Shown in pieces: positions 1 to 9,498 of a stretch of 64,000 bases of DNA. Origin of the DNA: Candidatus Roizmanbacteria bacterium RIFCSPHIGHO2_02_FULL_37_13b. Lineage in GTDB: Bacteria > Patescibacteriota > Microgenomatia > UBA1406 > HO2-37-13b. The position numbers and the translations under genes are program-made. How positions within the stretch are numbered: the stretch's first letter is position 1; each line of letters opens with the position of its first letter. Where the stretch lies: assembly GCA_001789395.1 (NCBI GenBank), contig MFZK01000003.1, positions 48,390-112,389 of the forward strand, read 5' to 3'. Below the pieces are notes generated by a model, which ran no database searches, was not told where the DNA came from, and saw only the letters and a list, made by a program, of their open reading frames with translations.

Positions 1-226
1 TACTTATATAAGACCTCATCCTGCAAGTTACTCTTAATGTTAAAAATATTAAATATCTTTATGATGAAATGTTTTGCAAACATAATATAACCCGGCTCAT
101 CCCACGAAATACCATAATGTTTGTAGGTAGAAAAAATAATTATTAATAAAAAAAATGTGAAAGAAATATGCAGATAATATTTTTCAATAAATCTAAATAG
201 GCTCTCTTTTTTATAATAAATATCTT
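1..226 (-). CDS. Partial CDS (N-terminal part; continues past the window start): polytopic GT-C/GT39-like membrane glycosyltransferase, a paralog of the adjacent gene
   Basis: Reverse-strand translation from the ATG at 226 gives MKDIYYKKESLFRFIEKYYLHISFTFFLLIIIFSTYKHYGISWDEPGYIMFAKHF..., with the same YGISWDE motif and TM helix as the N-terminus of ORF 227..1768. Not in the ORF track because it is truncated by the window edge. Confidence 0.5.
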
Positions 227-1768
227 TCATGTTTTAATAATAAAGACCAACGGTACGCCATCCCTTTTAATGGTTTTTATAATTTGTCCGTGATACTGCT
301 TATCACGTTGCCATCGAGTAAATGTAATAATATAATCTGCTTCTTCGGTTTTGGAGACTAAACTCATATTTTTTTTAAAATAATGAGATGCACTTAGTGA
401 ATTTCCCTCAACTTTGATATCATATAGTTTTTTTTCCTCGTTGATATTGGAATTAAACCATACGACCGCTTCCTTATATGATTTACACCAATAATCTGTT
501 TCAAACTTGCCAAAGGCTCCGGGCAATCCTCCAATAAGTTCATTGTAATATATGTACTGGTAGGGATGAAGAATGATCATCTGCTTCATCACAGACAGGT
601 AATTAATTGTAATGAATACACTGATTATAATTCGCAATACTGAATGTTTTAATTTTAATATAGAATTCAAACCTACGGATGCAAAGATAATCAGTGGAAT
701 AGTCAAAAACAAAAACTGTCGCCAACCATCATAAATAATTGGCCGGATAACAATTTGTAAAAGAAGAGGTATAAAAAAACTAGCAAAAATTATGAGATAG
801 TTTAGTCGATTTATTAAAGTTTTCCTATGATTTTTTATAATAAAATATATTTTGATTATTCCCGTACCGGCTAAGAAAAGAGTAGACAAAGGTATCGTTA
901 TCAACATCATTTTTATGAGATAGTACCAGGGTAAAATAGAAGCGATTATATTCTTTCCTTCAAAAAGCACACTTTCTTGAAACTGAAAATTGGAAGCAGA
1001 AATAAAGAATTCAAAAAGACCTAATATCGGATGTGACCAAAGATAGGGATGAAACAGATGAAGAAAAAGAAGAAAGAAAATCAACAAGACTAGTTGCTTC
1101 TTAATTAAAATATGATTAAGGACTTTCTTTAACTTAACGTCAAGATAAATTAATATAAAAAAAGTCAACAGATAAAGATAGATAAATATGATTCTTTCAT
1201 TGGCTGCCAATGCCAGAAGCAATGATAATATGATAGTTTTATATATATTTTGATTGCTTTTTATATAGTAAATAATAAAGGAAAGAGCCAGACCAAAAAA
1301 AAGAGCTGCTCTAACATCGACGGTGTTGTCAAATATATCGCCAAAAAATCTCGGGGAAAGAAGAAGAATGAAGAGAGAATAAAATCCCATCCGTCGTCCC
1401 AACAGATGTGATGATATTATAAAAACTACCAAAAAAATTGGAACCGATAACAAGGCCTTGATTAAATGGATCGTCTCAAAACTACTGTTGCGGAGCAGAA
1501 ATAGTATTATAATAGTTATAATATCGAGTAAAACTCCATGGCCTTTGAGATGAATTTGAAACAACGGCCCTAGACGTTTTGAATCATCTATAAGATTATG
1601 TTTAATCTGAAAAAAATCAAAGAATTGGATAACGTAATGCTTACCGAAATCAATATAATATTGTTCATCCCATGAAATACCATAATCCTTATAGGTGACA
1701 AATAATAAACCTATCAATACGATTAAAAAAACAAGTACTAACGCATTACGACGTATAAAAACATTCAT
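227..1768 (-). CDS. Polytopic membrane glycosyltransferase, GT-C fold (GT39/PMT- or ArnT-like)
   Basis: 513 aa with >10 predicted TM helices. N-terminal luminal-loop motif YGISWDEQYY is typical of PMT/ArnT-type GT-C enzymes. Sits in the glycan cluster; a tandem paralog lies at 1..226. Confidence 0.6.
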   Translation of the reverse strand: MNVFIRRNALVLVFLIVLIGLLFVTYKDYGISWDEQYYIDFGKHYVIQFFDFFQIKHNLIDDSKRLGPLFQIHLKGHGVLLDIITIIILFLLRNSSFETIHLIKALLSVPIFLVVFIISSHLLGRRMGFYSLFILLLSPRFFGDIFDNTVDVRAALFFGLALSFIIYYIKSNQNIYKTIILSLLLALAANERIIFIYLYLLTFFILIYLDVKLKKVLNHILIKKQLVLLIFFLLFLHLFHPYLWSHPILGLFEFFISASNFQFQESVLFEGKNIIASILPWYYLIKMMLITIPLSTLFLAGTGIIKIYFIIKNHRKTLINRLNYLIIFASFFIPLLLQIVIRPIIYDGWRQFLFLTIPLIIFASVGLNSILKLKHSVLRIIISVFITINYLSVMKQMIILHPYQYIYYNELIGGLPGAFGKFETDYWCKSYKEAVVWFNSNINEEKKLYDIKVEGNSLSASHYFKKNMSLVSKTEEADYIITFTRWQRDKQYHGQIIKTIKRDGVPLVFIIKT

Positions 1769-2682
1769 TTTTGTGCTATCAAAAACAGATTTCCGGCCGA
1801 TAATTTCACGCTAAATTTACCAAAGCGAGTTTTATTTAATAATTTTAACATCATACTTTTTAGAGATAGAGGTAAAGGCGCCATTTTAGTCCAATGTCTG
1901 ATATTATGAATATTAAATGCATTACCAATGGCTCTTATTTTGAAACCGTGTTTAACAAAGATCTTCACCATTGTATGTTGATCATATAGATAGGTATGTT
2001 CGATATCGATTATCGGACTTCTGTCTTTTAGAATTTTATTGGTCAAGGCACCTATATCGTGATTGTAAAATAAAACCAATCCATCTTTTTTCAATACTCT
2101 GTAACATTCAGCAATTAGGCTGTTTGGTTCTGGTATGTGATCAAGAGTTTGAAAACAACAAATCACATTAAAGAAATTAGCTTTGAAGATGTTGGGCCGA
2201 AAAATGTCTATGGTTATTTGCTTTCTAATATCCAATCGGGCTGTTTTCACAGATTCTTCTCCTGGTTCAATTCCAAAAATCTTCTTGTATCCTTGTCTCT
2301 TTGCCTCCTCCAAAAAAAAGCCGTTACCACAACCTATTTCCAATATATTGTTCTTTGAAACGTCAAAATTTTCTAAGAGTTGTAAATAATGACCATAGGT
2401 CTTTCTTAAGTTATCGGTGTGCTCGCCGTAATCAACATTACTTTTTTTATATAATTTTTCAATTTTGCCATAGTTTAATATTGGATTGGAGTATATCAAT
2501 CCACAAAAACGACACTTTACAATCCGATAATGAATACGGTCGGGGAGACGACGGGCAGAAAAAATCTTTTCATCAATACCTTTGATATCAAAATTCGCTT
2601 TATACAAAACCGAATAATTGTTTTTTTCACATATAGCGCACTTTTGTTCAATCATCTTAGGTCTTTTTATGCTATTATACAT
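1765..2682 (-). CDS. Class I SAM-dependent methyltransferase with N-terminal Cys4 zinc ribbon
   Basis: CAICEKNNY...CRFCG zinc-ribbon, then a glycine-rich SAM motif LEIGCGNGFFLEE; 4-nt overlap with the downstream gene (operon). Confidence 0.7.
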   Translation of the reverse strand: MYNSIKRPKMIEQKCAICEKNNYSVLYKANFDIKGIDEKIFSARRLPDRIHYRIVKCRFCGLIYSNPILNYGKIEKLYKKSNVDYGEHTDNLRKTYGHYLQLLENFDVSKNNILEIGCGNGFFLEEAKRQGYKKIFGIEPGEESVKTARLDIRKQITIDIFRPNIFKANFFNVICCFQTLDHIPEPNSLIAECYRVLKKDGLVLFYNHDIGALTNKILKDRSPIIDIEHTYLYDQHTMVKIFVKHGFKIRAIGNAFNIHNIRHWTKMAPLPLSLKSMMLKLLNKTRFGKFSVKLSAGNLFLIAQK

Positions 2683-2701
2683 CTACATTTTGTAGATTAA
2701 T

Positions 2702-3487
2702 ATGAATCTTCGTAAAAGTTTACGCAGGAAAATTGTTCAAGTCGCTTTTAACACCCAAAGTTCTTATTCACATATCGGATCATGTTTATCCTGTATTGAT
2801 ATTTTAATTGAGATCTATTTTCATCAAATGAAAAAAAATGATCAATTTATTTTATCAAAAGGACATGCATCTTTAGCTTTATATGTAATTCTTAACTATC
2901 AAAAAAAAATATCCGACGATATGCTAAATACTTATTTGAAGGAAAATACTTTATTAGGTATTCACCCAACATCCAACATGCCAAAACATATTCCCTTAGC
3001 AACGGGAAGTTTAGGCCATGGACTCTCATTTTCTGCAGGTCTAGCAATGGGATATAAAATGAAGTATAAAAAAAATGCTCAAAATGTCTATTGCATGATG
3101 TCAGATGGTGAATGTAATGAAGGTGCTGTATGGGAGGCTGCCCTTTTTTCTGCTCGACATAAATTAGACAACATTATTGCCATTATAGATAAAAATAGAA
3201 TTCAAGCGTTTGATTATATCCATTCTGCGCTAGGTGATGCTGCCTCGTCTGAAAAATGGCGAAGTTTTGGGTTTGACGTTACAGAATGTGATGGCCATGA
3301 TTTAAAGGATCTAAATATTGCATTATCAAAAGCAAAGAAATCTCATAAAGACAAACCTCACCTTATCATTGCCAACACTGTACGCGGAAAAGGTATCAAT
3401 TCAATTGAAAATGATATCAAATCTAATTACGTCGTCATTGATGAAAAACTGTTAAATGAATCATTGATTGATATAGAAAAAATATGA
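2702..3487 (+). CDS. Transketolase, N-terminal (ThDP-binding) subunit of a split transketolase
   Basis: Motifs SKGHASLALY and GSLGHGLSFSAGLAMG are characteristic of the split transketolase TktN piece; ATGA overlap with the next gene. Confidence 0.8.
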   Translation: MNLRKSLRRKIVQVAFNTQSSYSHIGSCLSCIDILIEIYFHQMKKNDQFILSKGHASLALYVILNYQKKISDDMLNTYLKENTLLGIHPTSNMPKHIPLATGSLGHGLSFSAGLAMGYKMKYKKNAQNVYCMMSDGECNEGAVWEAALFSARHKLDNIIAIIDKNRIQAFDYIHSALGDAASSEKWRSFGFDVTECDGHDLKDLNIALSKAKKSHKDKPHLIIANTVRGKGINSIENDIKSNYVVIDEKLLNESLIDIEKI

Positions 3488-4386
3488 GAAAACCATTTGC
3501 AGAAAATTTTATTAAACTGGCCGTACGTGATAAAAAAATAATCTTTTTGACGGGTGACCTTGGATTTAATGCTTTTGAACAATTAAGAGAAACAATCAAT
3601 ACCAGATTTATTAACGCCGGAGTCGCTGAACATAATATGGCTTCCGTTGCAGCAGGATTCGCTCAGGCTGGTTATAAACCTTGGATCTACAGTATCGCTC
3701 CGTTTGTCACTATTAAAATTCTTGAAGAATTAAGAAATGACATCTGCATTCATAATCGAAATGTAAAAATTGTAGGGCTTGGTGGTGGCTTTGACTATGG
3801 TTTGGCCGGGCCGACACACCATATTCTTCAAGATGTTAGTCTTATGTTATCTCTTCCTAACATGACTATCATTGCTCCTGGCTTTGTTGATGATATCGCG
3901 CCAGTGATAAAACAGGCCGATAAATTAATCAGTCCTGTTTATATCAGATTGACCAAAGGACAAGAAACTAACTTTAAGGTACCTATCTTTAAACCAATAA
4001 GAAAATTAATTGACGGAAAGAAAAAGACCGTGGTTGTTTTTGGTTCGATTATTATCGAAACTCTCCAAGCCATACTAAAAAATAAAAGGATGAGAGATGA
4101 TTTTGATGTTTGGCTGGTTTGTCAATTTCCGATTAATATTCCCCCAGAATTAATCCGTTCGATTAGAAATACTGGTAATTTAATTATTGTGGAAGAACAT
4201 CAAAAGAGTGGGTCCTTGGGTTCTGCATTAAAAGATACAGTAATCGATAATAAGATTTCCCTTAAATCTTTTCATCATCTGTGTGTTACAGGCTATAAAT
4301 CGAATAAATATGGAAGCCGACAATTTCATTTAAAAGAAAATCAATTGGATTCGGATAGTATTTATCTTACATTGAAAAAGGATTAA
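3484..4386 (+). CDS. Transketolase, C-terminal (pyrimidine-binding) subunit
   Basis: FINAGVAEHNMASVAAGFAQAGYKPW... is the transketolase central/C-terminal domain; translationally coupled to 2702..3487. Confidence 0.8.
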   Translation: MRKPFAENFIKLAVRDKKIIFLTGDLGFNAFEQLRETINTRFINAGVAEHNMASVAAGFAQAGYKPWIYSIAPFVTIKILEELRNDICIHNRNVKIVGLGGGFDYGLAGPTHHILQDVSLMLSLPNMTIIAPGFVDDIAPVIKQADKLISPVYIRLTKGQETNFKVPIFKPIRKLIDGKKKTVVVFGSIIIETLQAILKNKRMRDDFDVWLVCQFPINIPPELIRSIRNTGNLIIVEEHQKSGSLGSALKDTVIDNKISLKSFHHLCVTGYKSNKYGSRQFHLKENQLDSDSIYLTLKKD

Positions 4387-4395
4387 AAAACATCT

Positions 4396-5331
4396 ATGAA
4401 TAAAAAAATACCAGGGCCGATTGCGATTTTTGGTGTTGGTGGCTTAATTGGTTTTAATTTGTTTAGGGACTTAATCACATCTAGAACAGATGTATACGGC
4501 CTCTCACATGATCCCGCTAACAACTGGCGATTAAAAACCCTTAAAAAAAATGGTTCTCAAATAATTAAATGCAATATCCTAAATATTAAAGAAATTGAAA
4601 ATTTCATTGTCAGATATCGACCACAAACTATTTTCAATTTAGCTGCCTATGGTGCTTATTCAAATCAAACAGATCCAAAACAAATCTATAAAACAAATTT
4701 TGATGCCACTTTTCATATAATTGAAACATTAAAAAAGAATAGATTTTCTATATACATTCATGCTGGATCACAATCAGAATATGGGTTAAATTGCGATCGT
4801 CCTGATGAAGAGAGTAAACTTATTCCAAACAGTCATTATGCCGTATCAAAAGTCGCATCATATTATTTACTAAAATATTATGCTTGCGTTGAAAAACTTC
4901 CCCTGATTCATGTAAGATTCTATTCTGTATATGGTCAATTTGAGGAACCGACAAGATTGATTCCGACGCTTCTTAGAAGTATTCAGAATAATACATTACC
5001 TAATTTAGTTGATCCAAATATTTCGCGAGATTTCGTATATATTGACGATGTCGTTAAAGCGTTACAGATAATCGCATCAAACTCAAATAAAGCAAATTAC
5101 GGACAAGCATATAATATTGCATCGGGTAGAAAAACAACAATCAAAAAACTTGTTACGCTAGCGATAAAAATTTTTAAGGTACAAAAAGAACCTATATTTA
5201 GTACTATGAAAAATAGATCTTGGGATTTGATCAACTGGGTAGGGGATACCAAAAAAATGAAAGATGCATACGGCTGGTCTGCAACCACTGCTTTAGAGAC
5301 CGGATTAAGGCAAACATATAAACTGTTATGA
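4396..5331 (+). CDS. NAD-dependent sugar epimerase/dehydratase (extended SDR)
   Basis: N-terminal Rossmann motif IFGVGGLIGFNL and a YxxxK region (YAVSK); overlaps the downstream GT2 start. Confidence 0.7.
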   Translation: MNKKIPGPIAIFGVGGLIGFNLFRDLITSRTDVYGLSHDPANNWRLKTLKKNGSQIIKCNILNIKEIENFIVRYRPQTIFNLAAYGAYSNQTDPKQIYKTNFDATFHIIETLKKNRFSIYIHAGSQSEYGLNCDRPDEESKLIPNSHYAVSKVASYYLLKYYACVEKLPLIHVRFYSVYGQFEEPTRLIPTLLRSIQNNTLPNLVDPNISRDFVYIDDVVKALQIIASNSNKANYGQAYNIASGRKTTIKKLVTLAIKIFKVQKEPIFSTMKNRSWDLINWVGDTKKMKDAYGWSATTALETGLRQTYKLL

Positions 5332-6035
5332 CAAAACCAGAATATTCAATCATATTCCCGGTATTAAATCAGGCAGATCATATAGAAAAAGTCACGCTAG
5401 GTTATCGGGAAATTTTAAAACATCATAATTATTCATATGAGCTTATCGCTGTCGTAAACGATACGGTCGACAATAGTTTCGAAATCCTCAAAAAACTTAC
5501 AAAAAAATATCCTGAAATAAGGACTTATGAACTTCAGGGGAGAGGATTTGGCTTGGGGATTCTTTATGGATTGCAGAAATCAAACGGTAAATATTTATGT
5601 TACTTAAACTGTGCCCGTATATCAGCTGAGCAATTATTTAAATCCTTGGAAGTATTTAATAAAGACAAATCGTTAGTTATCCATAACGTTCGTATTGACC
5701 GTGAAAATTGGAGCCGGTCATTTGGGTCAATGTTATATAATTCGATCTGTAAATTAATATTCCAAATTCCAAACCATGATATAAACGGAAATCCCAAAGT
5801 CTTCTCAAGAGATGTTTTTAAAAAGTTAAATTTAAAATTTACCGACAGCATGATAGATCTTGAATTTTTAGAAAAAGCCAAGAATTCAAATATTAAGATT
5901 ATTGAAATACCTCTTGATAAATATGAGCGCCACGGAGGTAAATCAACCACAAGCGTTTGGACTATTTTCCGTCTACTTAAAGAGCTGTCTTTATATTTTA
6001 TTAAAACTAGATTTAAATCTAATCACTCTTTGTAG
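5328..6035 (+). CDS. Family 2 glycosyltransferase (small, soluble-type)
   Basis: YSIIFPVLNQADHIEKV... is a GT2 N-terminal beta-strand/NQ motif; DxD-like region VVNDTVDNS. Confidence 0.6.
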   Translation: MTKPEYSIIFPVLNQADHIEKVTLGYREILKHHNYSYELIAVVNDTVDNSFEILKKLTKKYPEIRTYELQGRGFGLGILYGLQKSNGKYLCYLNCARISAEQLFKSLEVFNKDKSLVIHNVRIDRENWSRSFGSMLYNSICKLIFQIPNHDINGNPKVFSRDVFKKLNLKFTDSMIDLEFLEKAKNSNIKIIEIPLDKYERHGGKSTTSVWTIFRLLKELSLYFIKTRFKSNHSL

Positions 6036-6709
6036 ACATATCCTTGCTGTAAACATTTGTTAAGGAATTTTTTTTCCTGAGCTTTCGCCCAATCGTATTC
6101 AATATATGGATATTCCTTTCCCGAAAGATTGACCGATAATTTAAAATCTTTTTGCTGAATCTGTAATACATTTTTACAATATATGTTTTGCAGATCTGAC
6201 TTAAAAAATACCTGAAAAAAAAGTAATGATATAACCATGTATAAAACTATCGTGCATAAACTGACTAATTTATTCTGACTATAGAATAAATAAAGATCTT
6301 TCACCAGATGGATATTGCTAAGTTTTAAAATCATTAATATTAAAATTAAAAAAAGCATTACTACAAAGCCTGCTTGAAACCAGCTGGAATAACGGTCTGT
6401 TTTAATTAAATATTCAAATTTTACATTTTGAGGATATGGAAATTGATTACCATAATCAAAAACAATATCATAAGCACAAACTTTTAAAGCTTTGGTCTGA
6501 TTAAAATTATCAAGTTGTCCATCGTAGGTGAATACTATTGTTGCACCGCTACTGACTTCTTTTCCATCACTGCATTTAATCATAGTATTAAAATTATCGA
6601 TGTATTTAAAGGGTTTAAACAAAATCAACAGACTAAAACTGATTATTATTATGACGAATAAAAGAATGAAATTTCTTATTTGGTTAAGAAAATATATGAG
6701 ATTTTCCAT
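6023..6709 (-). CDS. Hypothetical membrane-anchored protein
   Basis: N-terminal TM helix, second TM mid-protein; no recognisable family motif. Confidence 0.4.
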   Translation of the reverse strand: MENLIYFLNQIRNFILLFVIIIISFSLLILFKPFKYIDNFNTMIKCSDGKEVSSGATIVFTYDGQLDNFNQTKALKVCAYDIVFDYGNQFPYPQNVKFEYLIKTDRYSSWFQAGFVVMLFLILILMILKLSNIHLVKDLYLFYSQNKLVSLCTIVLYMVISLLFFQVFFKSDLQNIYCKNVLQIQQKDFKLSVNLSGKEYPYIEYDWAKAQEKKFLNKCLQQGYVYKE

Positions 6710-6717
6710 TTAGCTTT

Positions 6718-8811
6718 TTAACTTTCCTCGATACAAATTGTTCCTGAGCATTTAATCGGTTTATACGTCACACCGCAATAAGAATTTAATTTTTTTATTA
6801 ACTCCAGTTGCACAAAACCGCTACGGCCATCATCAATATAAAAATACGTATTTGAGCCCTGGCATTTTTCAGCAATCCTGCAATCAACAACAATTCTTTT
6901 GGGACATTTTTTATTAACATCTTTGATGTAAGCAATTAAACTTTGTGTGTCAATCACAGCAACCTGAGGATTAACATTAAAGTAATTTTTTCTACCCAGT
7001 AAGTAATGTAGATATGTCTCATCGGGATGAAGAATCAGGATTTCATCATCGGAAATCATATCATTAATTAATCGAACGCCACTTTTATGAAGTGTTAGTT
7101 TACTATTCAATTCAAATTGAAATGGATTGTTTTTTATTTTTTGTATTCGCTGGAAGAACAATTCTCCCATCGCCTGTCTTCGCCAAAAGGACGGTAAACA
7201 TATGAAAAGAAATAGCAAACCAATATAAAGCAATAGTCGATATTTTTTTGATAAATTGACAACAACAATTGACAAAACTGCATAAAAAGCCACTATAAAA
7301 AAAGGTGACACAACGAAGAGATTAACCGGATGACTGCGACCGACATAGTAGATCGCGCTTATAAAGCTTGAAATCGATGAAATTAAAATCCAGTAGTGTT
7401 TTCTTTCTTTTCCGATCCGCAAGAGAAACATATTTAAGGACGCAAAAAATACCAGAAAGATAAACCAAAGGTATGATCGGCTTTCAAGCGGTAGCATACC
7501 ATGTCCCGATCTGGCATATTGATTTACTTTATTTAATATGGGAAGAGGATTTATAAGATGTCCGGATAATATAAATTGGATACTATTAATCATAATAAAG
7601 ACTAATGTCAGGGATATTAAAGTTCGAACAATTACTTTGATTAAAGCTAAAAGGTTTATATGTTTTGACAAAAATAAAATAAAAAGCATAAAAAAATAGA
7701 TCATGAATAAATATAACCCGATATCGATAACCCATAATGCTAAAACCGACAAAGACAATGTCATAGTCCAGGATTTAATTTCCTGCCTTTTGTAAACAAG
7801 ATATATGAATAATGTAATAGGCAACCATCTGAGTGGAGTAATCTGTGGTTCAAAAAAAGGTATGTAGTAACTGCAGAAAAAATATAAAGTTATTACGGAA
7901 AAAAAGGCAAGCAAACCAAATATTAAAGACTTACTGCTTTTATATATTAAATAAAAAATCAAAAAAAATTCTATAGCATATAGAAACCAGATAAAGATTG
8001 GCAATGTGATAAAAGAAAATAATTTCAATTTATAAAGATATGCAAAAAAAACTATCATCGAAAATCCGTACTGAGAGGTCGCTTGATTTATTATTGTTTT
8101 ACCGCTTGCGACTTCAAATATAGGACCATAAAAAAAAGAATAATCATGACCCGAGACCGGAAATTGCGGTTCAAAGGTCAAAAAAAAACCAAGTCCAATT
8201 ATGACAATATAAATGCATGCATCGGACAACTTAATACTGAGTTTTTTTGATGATAAGTGTCTGAATAATATAAACCCCCCAAAAGAACAAAAAATGAATA
8301 CTATATATAAAAACCAATTTTTGAAGTAATACAAAGGCTCGCGACTTATTATAAAGGGAAAAATTTCATTTTTTAAAGGAAACTGTCCCACATAGTCAAT
8401 GAAGAGTATCACTAAAAAAGCGATCATGACAATCTTTATGACTTGAGGTAATCCATTTATAAAATTTATGATTTTGTCAGTAAATTTGAATCGATAGAAC
8501 ATTGTTAAAATAACAGTTAATACAAAAATCAAACCTAAATAAAGTGGTATTTCATAAGGTTCGGGTAATACATTATTAACAATAAAATTGCTGTCATGTG
8601 AAAAAGGAGCAACCAAGGGAAAAAATGTATTTAAAAAATCAAGAAGATTGATATATAAAAAAACGGCTACATTTGTAAAAAAAAGAATTATTATACAAAT
8701 GTTAAGTTTTGTTGTGTTTTTTTTTAAGAAAAATATTCGTTTGATTCTATTTAGTTCCATGAATGCAATACACAGCACAACATAATTTTGAAATAATAGG
8801 TATGTTTTCAA
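6718..8811 (-). CDS. Large polytopic membrane protein (possible GT-C glycosyltransferase/polymerase) with a Cys-containing C-terminal soluble domain
   Basis: 697 aa, ~14 hydrophobic segments, C-terminal ~150 aa hydrophilic with CPKRIVVDCRIAEKCQG...CSGTICIEES. The start probably lies at an internal Met (MELNRIK...) because of the overlap with 8747..9451. Confidence 0.5.
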   Translation of the reverse strand: MKTYLLFQNYVVLCIAFMELNRIKRIFFLKKNTTKLNICIIILFFTNVAVFLYINLLDFLNTFFPLVAPFSHDSNFIVNNVLPEPYEIPLYLGLIFVLTVILTMFYRFKFTDKIINFINGLPQVIKIVMIAFLVILFIDYVGQFPLKNEIFPFIISREPLYYFKNWFLYIVFIFCSFGGFILFRHLSSKKLSIKLSDACIYIVIIGLGFFLTFEPQFPVSGHDYSFFYGPIFEVASGKTIINQATSQYGFSMIVFFAYLYKLKLFSFITLPIFIWFLYAIEFFLIFYLIYKSSKSLIFGLLAFFSVITLYFFCSYYIPFFEPQITPLRWLPITLFIYLVYKRQEIKSWTMTLSLSVLALWVIDIGLYLFMIYFFMLFILFLSKHINLLALIKVIVRTLISLTLVFIMINSIQFILSGHLINPLPILNKVNQYARSGHGMLPLESRSYLWFIFLVFFASLNMFLLRIGKERKHYWILISSISSFISAIYYVGRSHPVNLFVVSPFFIVAFYAVLSIVVVNLSKKYRLLLYIGLLFLFICLPSFWRRQAMGELFFQRIQKIKNNPFQFELNSKLTLHKSGVRLINDMISDDEILILHPDETYLHYLLGRKNYFNVNPQVAVIDTQSLIAYIKDVNKKCPKRIVVDCRIAEKCQGSNTYFYIDDGRSGFVQLELIKKLNSYCGVTYKPIKCSGTICIEES

Positions 8812-9451
8812 TTAGTGGTTGCATTTTTTTCGTCAATTTGGCAATCCAATCGGGAGCAAAAAAAGGGACCAACCCTATAAAGTCTTTTTTTAATATTCTA
8901 TAATTATTATTTTTCACCCACCTATTTAATAGGTATGGTGCATATGATTTTTCCCCATGCTGTCTGTGATAAGATGATGTTTTTTCGATGACTTTTAATA
9001 GTGGATTATAACCATTTGGTTCGATAATCAAAATTTCGGACGCTATTTTGGCAATCACTGCTATTGCTCTCTCTGGTTGGTCGATATGATGTAAGACTCC
9101 TCTAATTATAGCTAAATCAAAGTTTTTGAATTTGTCTTCTAATGAATATATGTCATGGTAATAAAATTCTAGTTTGTTTTTCTTACAATATTTTTTTTGA
9201 GCATAAATGATAGCGTTCCTCGAAATATCCGTTCCAATCATCAACTTAGGCTTACATCTTTCATAAAGTGTTTTTGTATATATACCATCTCCACAACCTA
9301 TGTCTATAACCTTTTTATCTTTAATTTGCAATTTTGATATTGTGTATTCAGTCAATGTTTGATTGGCGATTCGACTGCTTAATCCTTTGGTGTGAGTATA
9401 AAGATAACCGCCGTTTAGCGTCATGTCGTGGTCAAATGGATTTTTTGACAT
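8747..9451 (-). CDS. Class I SAM-dependent methyltransferase
   Basis: VIDIGCGDGIYTKTL SAM-binding motif I; acidic post-I motif LMIGTDIS. Confidence 0.7.
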   Translation of the reverse strand: MSKNPFDHDMTLNGGYLYTHTKGLSSRIANQTLTEYTISKLQIKDKKVIDIGCGDGIYTKTLYERCKPKLMIGTDISRNAIIYAQKKYCKKNKLEFYYHDIYSLEDKFKNFDLAIIRGVLHHIDQPERAIAVIAKIASEILIIEPNGYNPLLKVIEKTSSYHRQHGEKSYAPYLLNRWVKNNNYRILKKDFIGLVPFFAPDWIAKLTKKMQPLIENIPIISKLCCAVYCIHGTK

Positions 9452-9498
9452 ATTCTTTTTAAAAACACATTATAATATTTTCAAAAGATATTTATTTT

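Noticed and set aside
1971-2585. Four plus-strand ORFs (66-94 aa) inside the methyltransferase gene
   Set aside because: They lie antisense to a well-supported CDS, are low-complexity, and have no start context. Typical shadow ORFs in AT-rich DNA.
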